Of a DNA stretch of 64,000 nt, positions 55,146-63,854 are shown piece after piece. Made by a program: the position numbers and the translations under genes. This stretch comes from a virus, in IMG/VR virus record IMGVR_UViG_3300027702_000001; one strand, written 5' to 3'. Within the stretch, counting starts at the first letter, position 1. Each line of letters starts with the position of its first letter. Below the pieces are notes generated by a model. It was not told the DNA's origin and made no database searches. It was given only the letters and a program-made list of their open reading frames with translations.

Positions 55146-55514
55146 TTAGAAAGCGTACTTAACTCCGAGTTTACCACCGTAACCAGTGTCAACAGTCTCG
55201 CTAGTGAGGAATGAAACTTCACCATATACTCCAACTGCCTCTGAAACAGCAAGTCCAAGACCTGCCTTACCTGAGAACTCAGTGTCGCTGTCAGCACCGT
55301 CTACAGCGATCACAGATGGACCCGCTTGCACGTAGTATGAAGCAGAACCAGTAGTACCTTCGTACCCCACGTGAAGATCTGTAGTGGCACCAGTGTAATT
55401 TGAACCAGTCCATCCAGCGTTTGTTTCCACGTTAACGTAGGGTCCTGCAAGGACCGCAGATGGGGCAGCAATAGCAGTTGCAGCGGCAAGAGCAGCGAAT
55501 GCAGATTTGATCAT
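55146..55514 (-). CDS. Outer-membrane beta-barrel-like protein (DUF680-like)
   Basis: Signal peptide, GPYVNVETNAG, C-terminal GVKYAF; GGAG RBS. Confidence 0.75.
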   Translation of the reverse strand: MIKSAFAALAAATAIAAPSAVLAGPYVNVETNAGWTGSNYTGATTDLHVGYEGTTGSASYYVQAGPSVIAVDGADSDTEFSGKAGLGLAVSEAVGVYGEVSFLTSETVDTGYGGKLGVKYAF

Positions 55515-55579
55515 TTAAAAAAACTCCTTAAAATTAGTGTGAACGATTCGTGATGCGATACGATTCGGGCACGAATGAT

Positions 55580-55587
55580 TATTTATA
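55580..55587 (-). promoter_or_regulatory. T4-type late promoter
   Basis: TATAAATA upstream of 55514. Confidence 0.7.
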
Positions 55588-55610
55588 CACAACTTTGTTT
55601 CATTGTGTAA

Positions 55611-55695
55611 CGGAAAAGGTGGGATTCGAACCCACGGATGCCTTCACATCGCTGGTTTTCAAGACCAGTGCCATCAACCACTCGACCACTTTTCC
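55611..55695 (-). tRNA. trnS: tRNA-Ser (anticodon UGA)
   Basis: GGAAAAG/CTTTTCC acceptor stem, CTGGT-CTTGAAA-ACCAG anticodon arm, long variable arm, GTTCGAATC T-loop; no encoded CCA. Confidence 0.93.
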
Positions 55696-55883
55696 TTGTA
55701 TTGAAATAACCCAGAGCGATCATACACCAAACGGTAGTTATCTGTCAACACATAGTGTCCTGTTATGTCGCTTCCATCACAATGGTACCCATAGGAGACT
55801 ACGGACTCGTAAACCCCATCAATACAGAACTTTTTCTCTTTATTCTCCAAATAAGAATGGTAATATTCGTCAAGATTGAGCAT
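55674..55883 (-). CDS. Conserved hypothetical protein overlapping tRNA 5' end
   Basis: YGYHCDG.DI.GHYVLT. Confidence 0.6.
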   Translation of the reverse strand: MLNLDEYYHSYLENKEKKFCIDGVYESVVSYGYHCDGSDITGHYVLTDNYRLVYDRSGLFQYKEKWSSG

Positions 55884-56115
55884 TGATTTCTCCCAATTTC
55901 TTGTGGCAATACTCTACTAATTCGTCACGATAATTTAAGAGTTCATCGTAACATTCTTGGTTGTGTGCACACGCTCTGAGTTTAGAATCAGGTTTGTGCA
56001 GACTCTCTATCAGCAGTGTCATCCCCCGAATCTTTTGATCCTTCGTTGATGGCATCAGTGGTGTCCTCCTGTGTGGGTTTCGTAACATTATATAGGGTTT
56101 GGTCCAATCTTGCAA
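55870..56115 (-). CDS. Conserved hypothetical protein
   Basis: SLHKPDSKLRACAHNQECY; start probably at MPSTKD. Confidence 0.7.
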   Translation of the reverse strand: MQDWTKPYIMLRNPHRRTPLMPSTKDQKIRGMTLLIESLHKPDSKLRACAHNQECYDELLNYRDELVEYCHKKLGEINAQS

Positions 56116-56257
56116 CCTCCCCTAAGGGTGACTTAAAAAACTTTCTGATTTTTTTAAGTTTCTTTTTTGCCTTCGCTTGATCTCCAGACTTGAGTGCTCC
56201 TTTAACAGCATCCAACTCCATCTTAGATTTCATAAAGCGTCTGTCCCAGTAGTCCAT
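55988..56257 (-). CDS. Hypothetical protein
   Basis: ORF track; TAATG coupling. Confidence 0.6.
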   Translation of the reverse strand: MDYWDRRFMKSKMELDAVKGALKSGDQAKAKKKLKKIRKFFKSPLGEVARLDQTLYNVTKPTQEDTTDAINEGSKDSGDDTADRESAQT

Positions 56258-59200
56258 TAGTAAGTATCTTTGATGATTATATTGAACTGCCTAACCTGTG
56301 TAGGTTGATAAGGCGTCCTATTACTATACCATACCGTGCTCGTTTTGTCGTGCATTGATTGGTAGATTGCCATTCTAGCATTACGTTTGAATCTAGCGGT
56401 GGTGGCATCACGTACAAGAACTTTCTGAGGTAGGTTGTTTTGACTAGGGAAGTAAGGAGACGATGGTTCATCACCATCAGTAATCTGCAATTGCTCAGGT
56501 GGCCACTGAACATTAATCACATCTTCCTTATCATATCTCTTACCGTAATCAAATACTTGTGAGATTCTTACCATACCAAACCATCCATACTTGTCAAACT
56601 TATACGCATCACCAGACTCATAGTTGTCCTGACGTGTAACTCTAATCCTCATTCTAAAACGTAGTCCTTTCCTATCCTCGTAGTCTGTTGCGAACACCAC
56701 ATCATTACCTGCTGTAGTTTGTTCCAACCAATACTGATGGAATGATGTTGCATTTCCATTCTCATATAAGAAGAAACTCTGGAAGATCTCATTCATATTA
56801 ACTGCATACTCATTACCTGTAGTGCTCTGGTTGTTTACCACAGTCACATCTGGTTGTCTAGGAATTGTTATGTCACCATATGCACCAAGAGCAATGTCTT
56901 GAATCATACCTTGCATTTCAGAAGCGTCAGGACATTGATCACCATTGATCCCAGTCACTTTGAATCCTATCTTATAGAAATCAGGACCAACCCAATTGAT
57001 ACCATCATATCCATTTTCATCTTGATTGAAATACTCATCCTGATCTTCAATCTTCAGATTAAATTCATCACCAACTTTAAAACCACCCACACCCCAGTCT
57101 TCAATACTATCAAGGTACCATCTGACATAATACTGGTATGCATCTTCAACAAGATACTTGAGTCTCACTGAGAATCCATTCTTTGCGACGACATCAACGT
57201 AACCTATGTCACCATCACCCATTTCTTGTGCAATATCTCTACCATTAATGATCCTACATCTCTGTGATGCTCTCTCAGGATGATTCAAATAGACGTTTGC
57301 TGCTTGATCCACTACCTTATTTGTTATTACAGTTGTATAATCTTCCTTATCTGGGTCAGCATCCAAGTGATTATTCCAAACAAATAACTGACCACTGACA
57401 GGTAGACCACACGGTTCAGTAATCGCAGGACCTGATTGTGGTTGTCCCTCTGCTTGATCTTTACTGTCAGTTCCATAACTGTGTGACTGTGTAAGTAAAT
57501 TGACAGTCCAAGTGTTGACGTATGTACCTTCCGATTCGTCTCTGATTGCGAATGCAGGAGATGCTTTTCCGTTGTAGTGTCCTGTATTAATTGACTTAAT
57601 TTTAAACACTAAGTTGTCTCCCTTCTCCACATCAAAAGTATGTAAGACAGCACCGATCCTTTTCCATTCAGATACTAGTGATCTCTCTTCATAGATTACA
57701 TTACCATTTAATTTAAGTTGCCAAGTAAACTTAGTACAGTCACCATAACCTGCAGTCATACCACCGTGTGATCTGATCGTTAGTGTTGTAGATTTTGCAA
57801 TCTTAACTCTCTGTACTCTGTTAATACTATTTGCATAGTCACCCTTACATTTACCACACTCCCACGTGTCAGCACCTGTCTTAGGATGTTCGTGATAGGA
57901 ACCACATTCTGTACGAACCAACATCACATCACCAAATGACCCCTTCCTAAATGCTTTCTTCTCACAGTCATCTTGTACGTTGATGTTTGCCATAACTGGT
58001 TGAGCAGGTTCAGCGAACACATAACATTCAATACCTTCGTAGTAGTATTCACTTTCACCATACCCTACTCTATATGATATACGAACATCGTTATAGTCCT
58101 CATCACCATCGAACAAGTCTTCCCAATATTGCCAAACATTATCTGGCCACTTAGTCTGATCCCTTTTATCTGGATTCAATCTCCTGTCTGAGAAAAATAC
58201 ATATCCTTTTTGTTTAGGATGACTGTTCTCATTAGTGGTCCATCCAGGACCGTGTGTATTGTTGTGTGCTGAGAATGTGATGTCATCACCAGTGTTTGTA
58301 CCACCATTATTACCATCAGGAATTATAAAGAACCCAAGATTACAAGGCATATAAGAATTGATCTCGTCTCTAGGAATCTTTCTATGGAAAGTACCCGATG
58401 CATCAGTAGCATTACTTAGAAGAACCCGACCGAAGATAGGTTCATTGTCTGAGTTGGTTACATACCATCCAAAGGTATTCTCATAGGAAGCACCACCACG
58501 TCGTACGTTAAGTTGAATCTTAAGTGCAGACTCAGCGGGGGTTTCAAACCTGAATATATTATTCTTGAGATCTGGTGCGCTCGCTACATTACCAAGTGAT
58601 TCAATTGAATACTTGTGATCATTACCCTCAAAACTATAGTAACGATGTAGAGGTGCAGGTTTCTCTCCCTCCATCAGTTCTGAAATCATATCTTCTGCCT
58701 CTCTATATCCATAGAAAAGAATCTCATCACGTGGTTGGTAACCACCATCATCTAGGTCACCACTCTCACCTGCAATATCAGATACCAACTGAGTGTCTTG
58801 TCTAGATGCTGAGAAAGTTCTATGTACTGAAACACTACGTCCTGTATTTGATGGGACTACGTTGCCATAAAATGATACACCTACCTGCTGATAACCTGCA
58901 TCAGGTGTATCTGAAAGACTATACCTATGATCTCTACCAATATTATTATTACCTAAGATAGAAAACCTTGCGTTGGCATCATTACCATCATTGTCTTTGA
59001 ATGCAATCGACTTGTTGTCACCATAGTTCTTATCATTGTCAACAGAATATCCAGAACCAGATAGACCTGAGTAAGAAATACTATGGTCCCCAGGTGAGAG
59101 TGTGATTGCTATTGTTTGCTTTCCTTTCTCCCCAACTCTAGTAAAAGTAGTTCCACTAACAGTAACAGTATCTACAGCAATGCCTGCTGTTCTAGGGTTA

Positions 59201-59907
59201 TCATCCCACTCAAAATGAAAAGATATTGTTTGAGAAGTATTACCAGTAACAGTTACAGTGTTGGCACCATTAAAGATAGCATCCCCTGCAGTGCCCATAC
59301 CTTTTCTCATTTCAAATATAGGTGCTCTTTCGGTAACACAATTTCTGATACAAACCATATTGGTTGTACCATACGTTGCTTTAGGAACGAATGAATCACA
59401 GTCTGCCTGAGGTGGTTTCCACGCACCACCAACATAGGGTCTGAAGAAACAGTCAAGATGATTCTGAATACATTCTTGAAGTTCTAAGTTCTTATCGTCG
59501 TCGCATTCTATAGTCGCACGAGATGCATTAGTTGTCCCTGGTGGAGAGGTACAAACCTTACCACTATCCTCATCATCTCCAGTAGGAATATCAAATAATA
59601 TGTCAGGAGTTAGAAAGGTACTCATTCCAAGACCAACAATCTGTTCTAACAGAGGGTCCCACGGAATGTGAACAGGAGGTGGTAACGGTGCCTCAGGTGT
59701 ATCAGGAAAGTTTGGTGGCAGAAGAGTACCACCATCGCCATAACATTGACCTAGAAGATCTTCTACAACGTTGACCAATGTATTAGGTGAAGCACCACCC
59801 CCAGGCGCACCAGTACCACCCCCTCCAGACTGGACTACCTCCTGTTCTTCGCCAGAGTCCTCAGGGTCACAATTTCTACTAAACCAATGGTCGTTTTGTA
59901 TAGTCAA
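56257..59907 (-). CDS. Large virion-associated protein (1216 aa)
   Basis: Pro-rich N-terminus; YENTFGWY...LGFFIIPDG...YWEDLFDGDEDYND (DUF4114-like). Confidence 0.65.
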   Translation of the reverse strand: MTIQNDHWFSRNCDPEDSGEEQEVVQSGGGGTGAPGGGASPNTLVNVVEDLLGQCYGDGGTLLPPNFPDTPEAPLPPPVHIPWDPLLEQIVGLGMSTFLTPDILFDIPTGDDEDSGKVCTSPPGTTNASRATIECDDDKNLELQECIQNHLDCFFRPYVGGAWKPPQADCDSFVPKATYGTTNMVCIRNCVTERAPIFEMRKGMGTAGDAIFNGANTVTVTGNTSQTISFHFEWDDNPRTAGIAVDTVTVSGTTFTRVGEKGKQTIAITLSPGDHSISYSGLSGSGYSVDNDKNYGDNKSIAFKDNDGNDANARFSILGNNNIGRDHRYSLSDTPDAGYQQVGVSFYGNVVPSNTGRSVSVHRTFSASRQDTQLVSDIAGESGDLDDGGYQPRDEILFYGYREAEDMISELMEGEKPAPLHRYYSFEGNDHKYSIESLGNVASAPDLKNNIFRFETPAESALKIQLNVRRGGASYENTFGWYVTNSDNEPIFGRVLLSNATDASGTFHRKIPRDEINSYMPCNLGFFIIPDGNNGGTNTGDDITFSAHNNTHGPGWTTNENSHPKQKGYVFFSDRRLNPDKRDQTKWPDNVWQYWEDLFDGDEDYNDVRISYRVGYGESEYYYEGIECYVFAEPAQPVMANINVQDDCEKKAFRKGSFGDVMLVRTECGSYHEHPKTGADTWECGKCKGDYANSINRVQRVKIAKSTTLTIRSHGGMTAGYGDCTKFTWQLKLNGNVIYEERSLVSEWKRIGAVLHTFDVEKGDNLVFKIKSINTGHYNGKASPAFAIRDESEGTYVNTWTVNLLTQSHSYGTDSKDQAEGQPQSGPAITEPCGLPVSGQLFVWNNHLDADPDKEDYTTVITNKVVDQAANVYLNHPERASQRCRIINGRDIAQEMGDGDIGYVDVVAKNGFSVRLKYLVEDAYQYYVRWYLDSIEDWGVGGFKVGDEFNLKIEDQDEYFNQDENGYDGINWVGPDFYKIGFKVTGINGDQCPDASEMQGMIQDIALGAYGDITIPRQPDVTVVNNQSTTGNEYAVNMNEIFQSFFLYENGNATSFHQYWLEQTTAGNDVVFATDYEDRKGLRFRMRIRVTRQDNYESGDAYKFDKYGWFGMVRISQVFDYGKRYDKEDVINVQWPPEQLQITDGDEPSSPYFPSQNNLPQKVLVRDATTARFKRNARMAIYQSMHDKTSTVWYSNRTPYQPTQVRQFNIIIKDTY

Positions 59908-60142
59908 CTTCTGTTCTAGGAACTAGTTTTAGGTATTTAGTAGCGGTTTCTTCGGGTGGATTCCAATGTCGAATGACTCCGCTGATAATAAAACAGTTAG
60001 TGATAAGGTAACTGAGAAATAGAATGGTCCGTACAAGAACAATGTGGTTATCATATTGTTCTGTTTTGTCGTCGGAAAAACTCCCGAGTGAATACTTCCA
60101 GACATCCCAAATTTTTTTAATCATATAGTATCTATATGCCAT
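59879..60142 (-). CDS. Small membrane protein
   Basis: WKYSLGSFSD...NCFIISGVIRHW. Confidence 0.7.
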   Translation of the reverse strand: MAYRYYMIKKIWDVWKYSLGSFSDDKTEQYDNHIVLVRTILFLSYLITNCFIISGVIRHWNPPEETATKYLKLVPRTEVDYTKRPLV

Positions 60143-60167
60143 AAAAAAAGACCCCTTTCGGGGTCTT
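60142..60167 (-). terminator. psbA terminator
   Basis: AAGACCCC-GAAA-GGGGTCTT plus T-run. Confidence 0.85.
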
Positions 60168-60193
60168 GAGAGATCAATATTTAACTGATTAAA

Positions 60194-61288
60194 TCAACCA
60201 ATAGAAGGTGCAATCAAAGCAACAGGAGTTGTCTCTGCAGCAGCAAGATCTAGTGGGAAGTTGTGAGCGTTACGCTCGTGCATAACTTCCATACCAAGAC
60301 CTGCTCTGTTAAGAACATCTGCCCAAGTTGGAATCACTTTACCAGATGCATCAACAACCGACTGGTTGAAGTTGAATCCGTTCAAGTTGAATGCCATTGT
60401 GCTCACACCCATTGCAGTGAACCAGATGCAAACCACAGGGAATGCAGCAAGGAAGAAGTGAAGTGAACGTGAGTTGTTGAATGAAGCATATTGGAAGATC
60501 AAACGACCAAAGTAACCGTGAGCGGCAACGATGTTGTAAGTCTCTTCTTCTTGACCGAACTTGTAACCGTAGTTCTGAGATTCAGATTCTGTAGTCTCTC
60601 TGATTAGAGAAGATGTAACTAGAGAACCGTGCATTGCACTGAATAGAGAACCACCAAACACACCTGCAACTCCGAGCATATGGAATGGGTGCATTAGAAT
60701 GTTGTGCTCTGCTTGGAACACGAACATATAGTTAAAAGTACCTGAGATACCAAGAGGCATCGCATCTGAGAAAGAACCTTGTCCGAAAGGATACACCAAG
60801 AACACAGCGAATGCTGCAGATACTGGTGCTGAATAAGCAACACAGATCCAAGGACGCATACCTAGACGGTATGAAAGTTCCCACTGACGACCACAGTATG
60901 CTGTGATTCCGATAAGGAAGTGGAATACAACGAGTTGGAAAGGACCACCGTTATACAACCACTCATCTAGAGTTGCTGCTTCCCAGATTGGGTAGAAGTG
61001 TAGACCGATAGCGTTTGAAGAAGGGACAACAGCACCAGAAATGATGTTGTTACCATACAAAAGAGATCCTGCAACAGGTTCTCTGATGCCATCGATGTCC
61101 ACAGGTGGAGCAGCGATGAACGCGATAATAAAACAAGTAGCAGCGGCAAGCAAGCAAGGAATCATCAAGACACCGAACCAACCGACATAGATGCGGTTGT
61201 CAACGCTTGTGACCCAGTTGCATAGTTCGTCCCATCCTGAGAGGAGACCACCACGCTGGCGAGTAATAGTTGGACTTGAAATAGACAT
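60194..61288 (-). CDS. psbA: Photosystem II D1 protein
   Basis: [39 protein letters not shown]; uninterrupted. Confidence 0.99.
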   Translation of the reverse strand: MSISSPTITRQRGGLLSGWDELCNWVTSVDNRIYVGWFGVLMIPCLLAAATCFIIAFIAAPPVDIDGIREPVAGSLLYGNNIISGAVVPSSNAIGLHFYPIWEAATLDEWLYNGGPFQLVVFHFLIGITAYCGRQWELSYRLGMRPWICVAYSAPVSAAFAVFLVYPFGQGSFSDAMPLGISGTFNYMFVFQAEHNILMHPFHMLGVAGVFGGSLFSAMHGSLVTSSLIRETTESESQNYGYKFGQEEETYNIVAAHGYFGRLIFQYASFNNSRSLHFFLAAFPVVCIWFTAMGVSTMAFNLNGFNFNQSVVDASGKVIPTWADVLNRAGLGMEVMHERNAHNFPLDLAAAETTPVALIAPSIG

Positions 61289-61307
61289 TGAAATTAGGGT
61301 AGGTATG

Positions 61308-61394
61308 AGTGCAGGGAAACACTAATAAGATATTCCTTCGCCACCCTCAGGCGGAGGTATTAGAGACGTAATTTATACTCCCTATAGGTCTCGG
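61308..61394 (-). ncRNA. PhotoRC-II-like structured psbA leader
   Basis: Stems GAGAC/GTCTC, CCTCCGCC/GGCGAAGG, AGTG-TTTCCCTG-CACT in the psbA 5' UTR; family assigned from memory. Confidence 0.6.
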
Positions 61395-61422
61395 TTGGAG
61401 GGGAGTAGTAGTTGTAGAATTG

Positions 61423-61440
61423 TTTACATTCCGTAACATT
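61423..61440 (+). promoter_or_regulatory. HLR1-like (RpaB) direct repeat in psbA 5' UTR
   Basis: TTTACATT-CC-GTAACATT, one mismatch to (G/T)TTACA(T/A)(T/A)-N2 x2. Confidence 0.6.
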
Positions 61441-61451
61441 CAACACTATGT

Positions 61452-61481
61452 ATAATACATCGAATGTTCAAGATTTGTCAA
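61452..61481 (-). promoter_or_regulatory. Sigma70-type psbA promoter
   Basis: TTGACA, 18 bp, TATTAT. Confidence 0.8.
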
Positions 61482-61641
61482 CCCCTTGTGCCAGTTGTTC
61501 TTGTGCCTTAACCGCTTTGATATGACGGAGCGTTGCGAAAGCATAGTTGATCTCTTCCTGAGTATAATTCTCAGGATGCTTCATCGCATTAGTAATCAGA
61601 CGTTTGGCGATCTTTTTGTTTGTTAGTGATTTCGGTGTCAT
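61468..61641 (-). CDS. Hypothetical protein (start revised)
   Basis: MTPKSLTNKKIAKRLI...HPENYT. Confidence 0.6.
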   Translation of the reverse strand: MTPKSLTNKKIAKRLITNAMKHPENYTQEEINYAFATLRHIKAVKAQEQLAQGVDKS

Positions 61642-61861
61642 AGTAGTATTCCAGATAGAGAGATGATAATTCGTGAGTGAATAATTCAGAATCAATTTTG
61701 TCAACTTCCATCAGTCTCTTGTACTGTCCACTACTCATAACCCAATCACAAAAATCATAATGTTTATTGGTAAGTTCTCCTTTCCAATTAACACATCTTT
61801 GCAATAGAGTTGCTCTATACTCCATCATTTCATCGGAGTATCTCCAGTCATTAGTTACCAT
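61589..61861 (-). CDS. Hypothetical protein (start revised)
   Basis: MVTNDWRYSDE...HYDFCD. Confidence 0.6.
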   Translation of the reverse strand: MVTNDWRYSDEMMEYRATLLQRCVNWKGELTNKHYDFCDWVMSSGQYKRLMEVDKIDSELFTHELSSLYLEYYYDTEITNKQKDRQTSDY

Positions 61862-61932
61862 CGGGAACCATCCTAACGTTACAATAATATGGTACATAAG
61901 GTTTCGACATTTCGCAAACCTTTGTATAGAAA

Positions 61933-62487
61933 TTACCCTTTAATTCCGATAAACCCGAGTAGTTTCTCAAAGTGACCCACTCGTCTTTGATTTGAACTTG
62001 AAGATTGAACTTTTTCATCAGCGGAGACTTTTGATAGTCGATCCAGGTAATTATATGTATATGTTTTTCGTGGTCCTTCTACTCCCCAACCCAACCATCG
62101 GTATGCTGCACGATGATACTCATCGTAGGTACGACCAGGGATTTTCCACGTCAGTAGTGCTTGTTGAAATTGATTTTCGTTTGACATATAACGCAACTGT
62201 CCCTCGAAGGACGATGGATTCAATCCATACTTAGCACAGAACATTCCAAGTCCTGCATAGCGTGACTCACTTGTCCATTGAATCAAACCATACCCACCCT
62301 TGTGACAGTCTTGCCAGTCAACAAGGTCACCACCTTCACAAACATTAGGAACAAACTTTGATTCCTGTTTGATGTTTGCCATAACGACAGAAAGCGCCAG
62401 AGGATCACCGATCCCTTGACGCTGCTGTAGATACTGTAATGCTCTCGATTCATTGAAAGAGCACGTTGCACAGATCCATTCAATCAT
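61933..62487 (-). CDS. Phage tail lysozyme-like cell wall hydrolase
   Basis: MANIKQES.F, GYGLIQWT...R. Confidence 0.7.
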   Translation of the reverse strand: MIEWICATCSFNESRALQYLQQRQGIGDPLALSVVMANIKQESKFVPNVCEGGDLVDWQDCHKGGYGLIQWTSESRYAGLGMFCAKYGLNPSSFEGQLRYMSNENQFQQALLTWKIPGRTYDEYHRAAYRWLGWGVEGPRKTYTYNYLDRLSKVSADEKVQSSSSNQRRVGHFEKLLGFIGIKG

Positions 62488-62692
62488 TTGTTAGAACTAG
62501 GAAAAACTTCGTCTGGTCAACTGGTGCATTCTCATAGGATGAGATGTCACCATATTCTTTGTGGTCTTTGTATCCTACCATCCTACCTTTTGTATTCTGC
62601 AGTGCAGGCATAAAGGCAATCAAGAAGAACACAGCAGGAGCACCAACTAGTAGTGCACCACCAATAACATAGTACGTGAGAAGTTCAATCAT
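62480..62692 (-). CDS. Small single-pass membrane protein
   Basis: TM helix then QNTKGRMVGYKDH. Confidence 0.7.
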   Translation of the reverse strand: MIELLTYYVIGGALLVGAPAVFFLIAFMPALQNTKGRMVGYKDHKEYGDISSYENAPVDQTKFFLVLTND

Positions 62693-62837
62693 TTCGTTTT
62701 TTAATAACGATTACATTTTCAGAATTGACTACACCAAGACCGAACTCCAGATGGTCGTCGGGTTCCCAACACAACTCTTGATAGAGGGCATTGAGTTTTT
62801 CCATATCCTCCCATAACTGGTCTGGGTTCGGTGCCAT
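62685..62837 (-). CDS. 50-aa conserved protein
   Basis: Manual translation MAPNPDQLWEDMEKLNALYQELCWEPDDHLEF... Confidence 0.65.
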   Translation of the reverse strand: MAPNPDQLWEDMEKLNALYQELCWEPDDHLEFGLGVVNSENVIVIKKRND

Positions 62838-62868
62838 AGTAATACGTTTGCTGAACGTATTTATTCTA

Positions 62869-63051
62869 TCAGAATAATCCGAAGAACATATGTCCAGTTA
62901 ACAAATCAGAACAAGCAGCAGCGACCAAACCGATCATTGCTAGTCTACCGTTCCAAGTTTCTGCCCAAACCTTTTGTGGTTCGATGGCGACTGCCTTGGC
63001 AGAGACTTGTGCGCTCTGCTCAGGGACTGAGAATTGTGTGTTGGTTCTCAT
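62869..63051 (-). CDS. hli: High-light inducible protein
   Basis: AETWNGRLAMIG. Confidence 0.92.
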   Translation of the reverse strand: MRTNTQFSVPEQSAQVSAKAVAIEPQKVWAETWNGRLAMIGLVAAACSDLLTGHMFFGLF

Positions 63052-63052
63052 C

Positions 63053-63160
63053 CTAAAAAATTCCTGGGATGATTTGTCCAGTTGTAACGTAAGCGCCTAC
63101 TGCTGCTACGAAACCGAGCATTGCTGCCCATCCATTAAATCTTTCTGCTTCTGGTGTCAT
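63053..63160 (-). CDS. hli: High-light inducible protein (35 aa)
   Basis: Manual translation MTPEAERFNGWAAMLGFVAAVGAYVTTGQIIPGIF. Confidence 0.93.
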   Translation of the reverse strand: MTPEAERFNGWAAMLGFVAAVGAYVTTGQIIPGIF

Positions 63161-63182
63161 TGTGAGTCTCCGATAGGGTGAA

Positions 63183-63269
63183 TTAAGAAAATACGAACGG
63201 AAGTCCGTTAGTTGCTGTGTAACCTAGCACAGCGAGGAAGGTGATCTGAGGAAAAATTGATTTGATCAT
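63183..63269 (-). CDS. 28-aa hydrophobic micro-protein in the hli operon
   Basis: Manual translation MIKSIFPQITFLAVLGYTATNGLPFVFS; fills the gap between two hli genes. Confidence 0.5.
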   Translation of the reverse strand: MIKSIFPQITFLAVLGYTATNGLPFVFS

Positions 63270-63273
63270 TGGA

Positions 63274-63471
63274 CTAACCAAGGATTCCAAAGAAAAAGAA
63301 GTTTCCTGTTGCGATGTAGGAAATCAAACCTGTGGTAAAACCAAGCATTGCAAGTCTACCGTTGAGTTTTTCAGCAACTTCGTTGTGAGTAACTGAAACA
63401 TCCATAACCTGCATCCTAGGTTCTTTAGCGAAGATGTTCTGTCTGCCGCCCTGTTCTGTGATAGTAGTCAT
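63274..63471 (-). CDS. hli: High-light inducible protein
   Basis: AEKLNGRLAMLG. Confidence 0.93.
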   Translation of the reverse strand: MTTITEQGGRQNIFAKEPRMQVMDVSVTHNEVAEKLNGRLAMLGFTTGLISYIATGNFFFFGILG

Positions 63472-63496
63472 TGATCAAGTATTAAGAACTGTTACA

Positions 63497-63525
63497 ATTA
63501 TATAGGGATTGTAAACTTTTGTCAA
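63497..63525 (-). promoter_or_regulatory. Consensus sigma70 promoter of hli operon with overlapping HLR1-like site
   Basis: TTGACA, 17 bp, TATAAT; TTGACAAA-AG-TTTACAAT at 63525-63508. Confidence 0.85.
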
Positions 63526-63547
63526 CCCCCAAGTCAGAATTCCTTGA

Positions 63548-63787
63548 TTACTGTGACGAAACTGTATCACGTTCGTAACAAGGGACACCTGCAGGGTCCA
63601 ACCACTTGGTGTATTCGAAGTCTTCGATAGCAGTCATCATCTGATCCATATTGTCACAGTAGTACATCGTCTGGTAACGCTCTGTGTACTCATTGAACTT
63701 AAGGATCCTGCAATCTGGTTTGCCATTGATCTCTAGTTTTCCACAGGTGACATACTTGTAAGGATAACGTTCGTGGATAAGGTCCAT
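63548..63787 (-). CDS. Conserved cyanophage hypothetical protein
   Basis: HERYPYKYV.CG...CRI.KF. Confidence 0.7.
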   Translation of the reverse strand: MDLIHERYPYKYVTCGKLEINGKPDCRILKFNEYTERYQTMYYCDNMDQMMTAIEDFEYTKWLDPAGVPCYERDTVSSQ

Positions 63788-63819
63788 AGAATTTGTTTAA
63801 CTGTTATTACTATACACAT

Positions 63820-63843
63820 AAAAAGACCCTCTTGTCGAGGGTC
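63820..63843 (-). terminator. Intrinsic terminator
   Basis: GACCCTC-gacaa-GAGGGTC plus T5. Confidence 0.8.
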
Positions 63844-63854
63844 GGTGTGCCACT

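Noticed and set aside
60194-61288. Group I intron or homing endonuclease in psbA or thyX
   Set aside because: Both ORFs are continuous and of normal length
61898-61922. AAGGTTT/AAACCTT hairpin as terminator or RNA element
   Set aside because: AT-rich 7-bp stem without a U-tract on the coding strand; insufficient support
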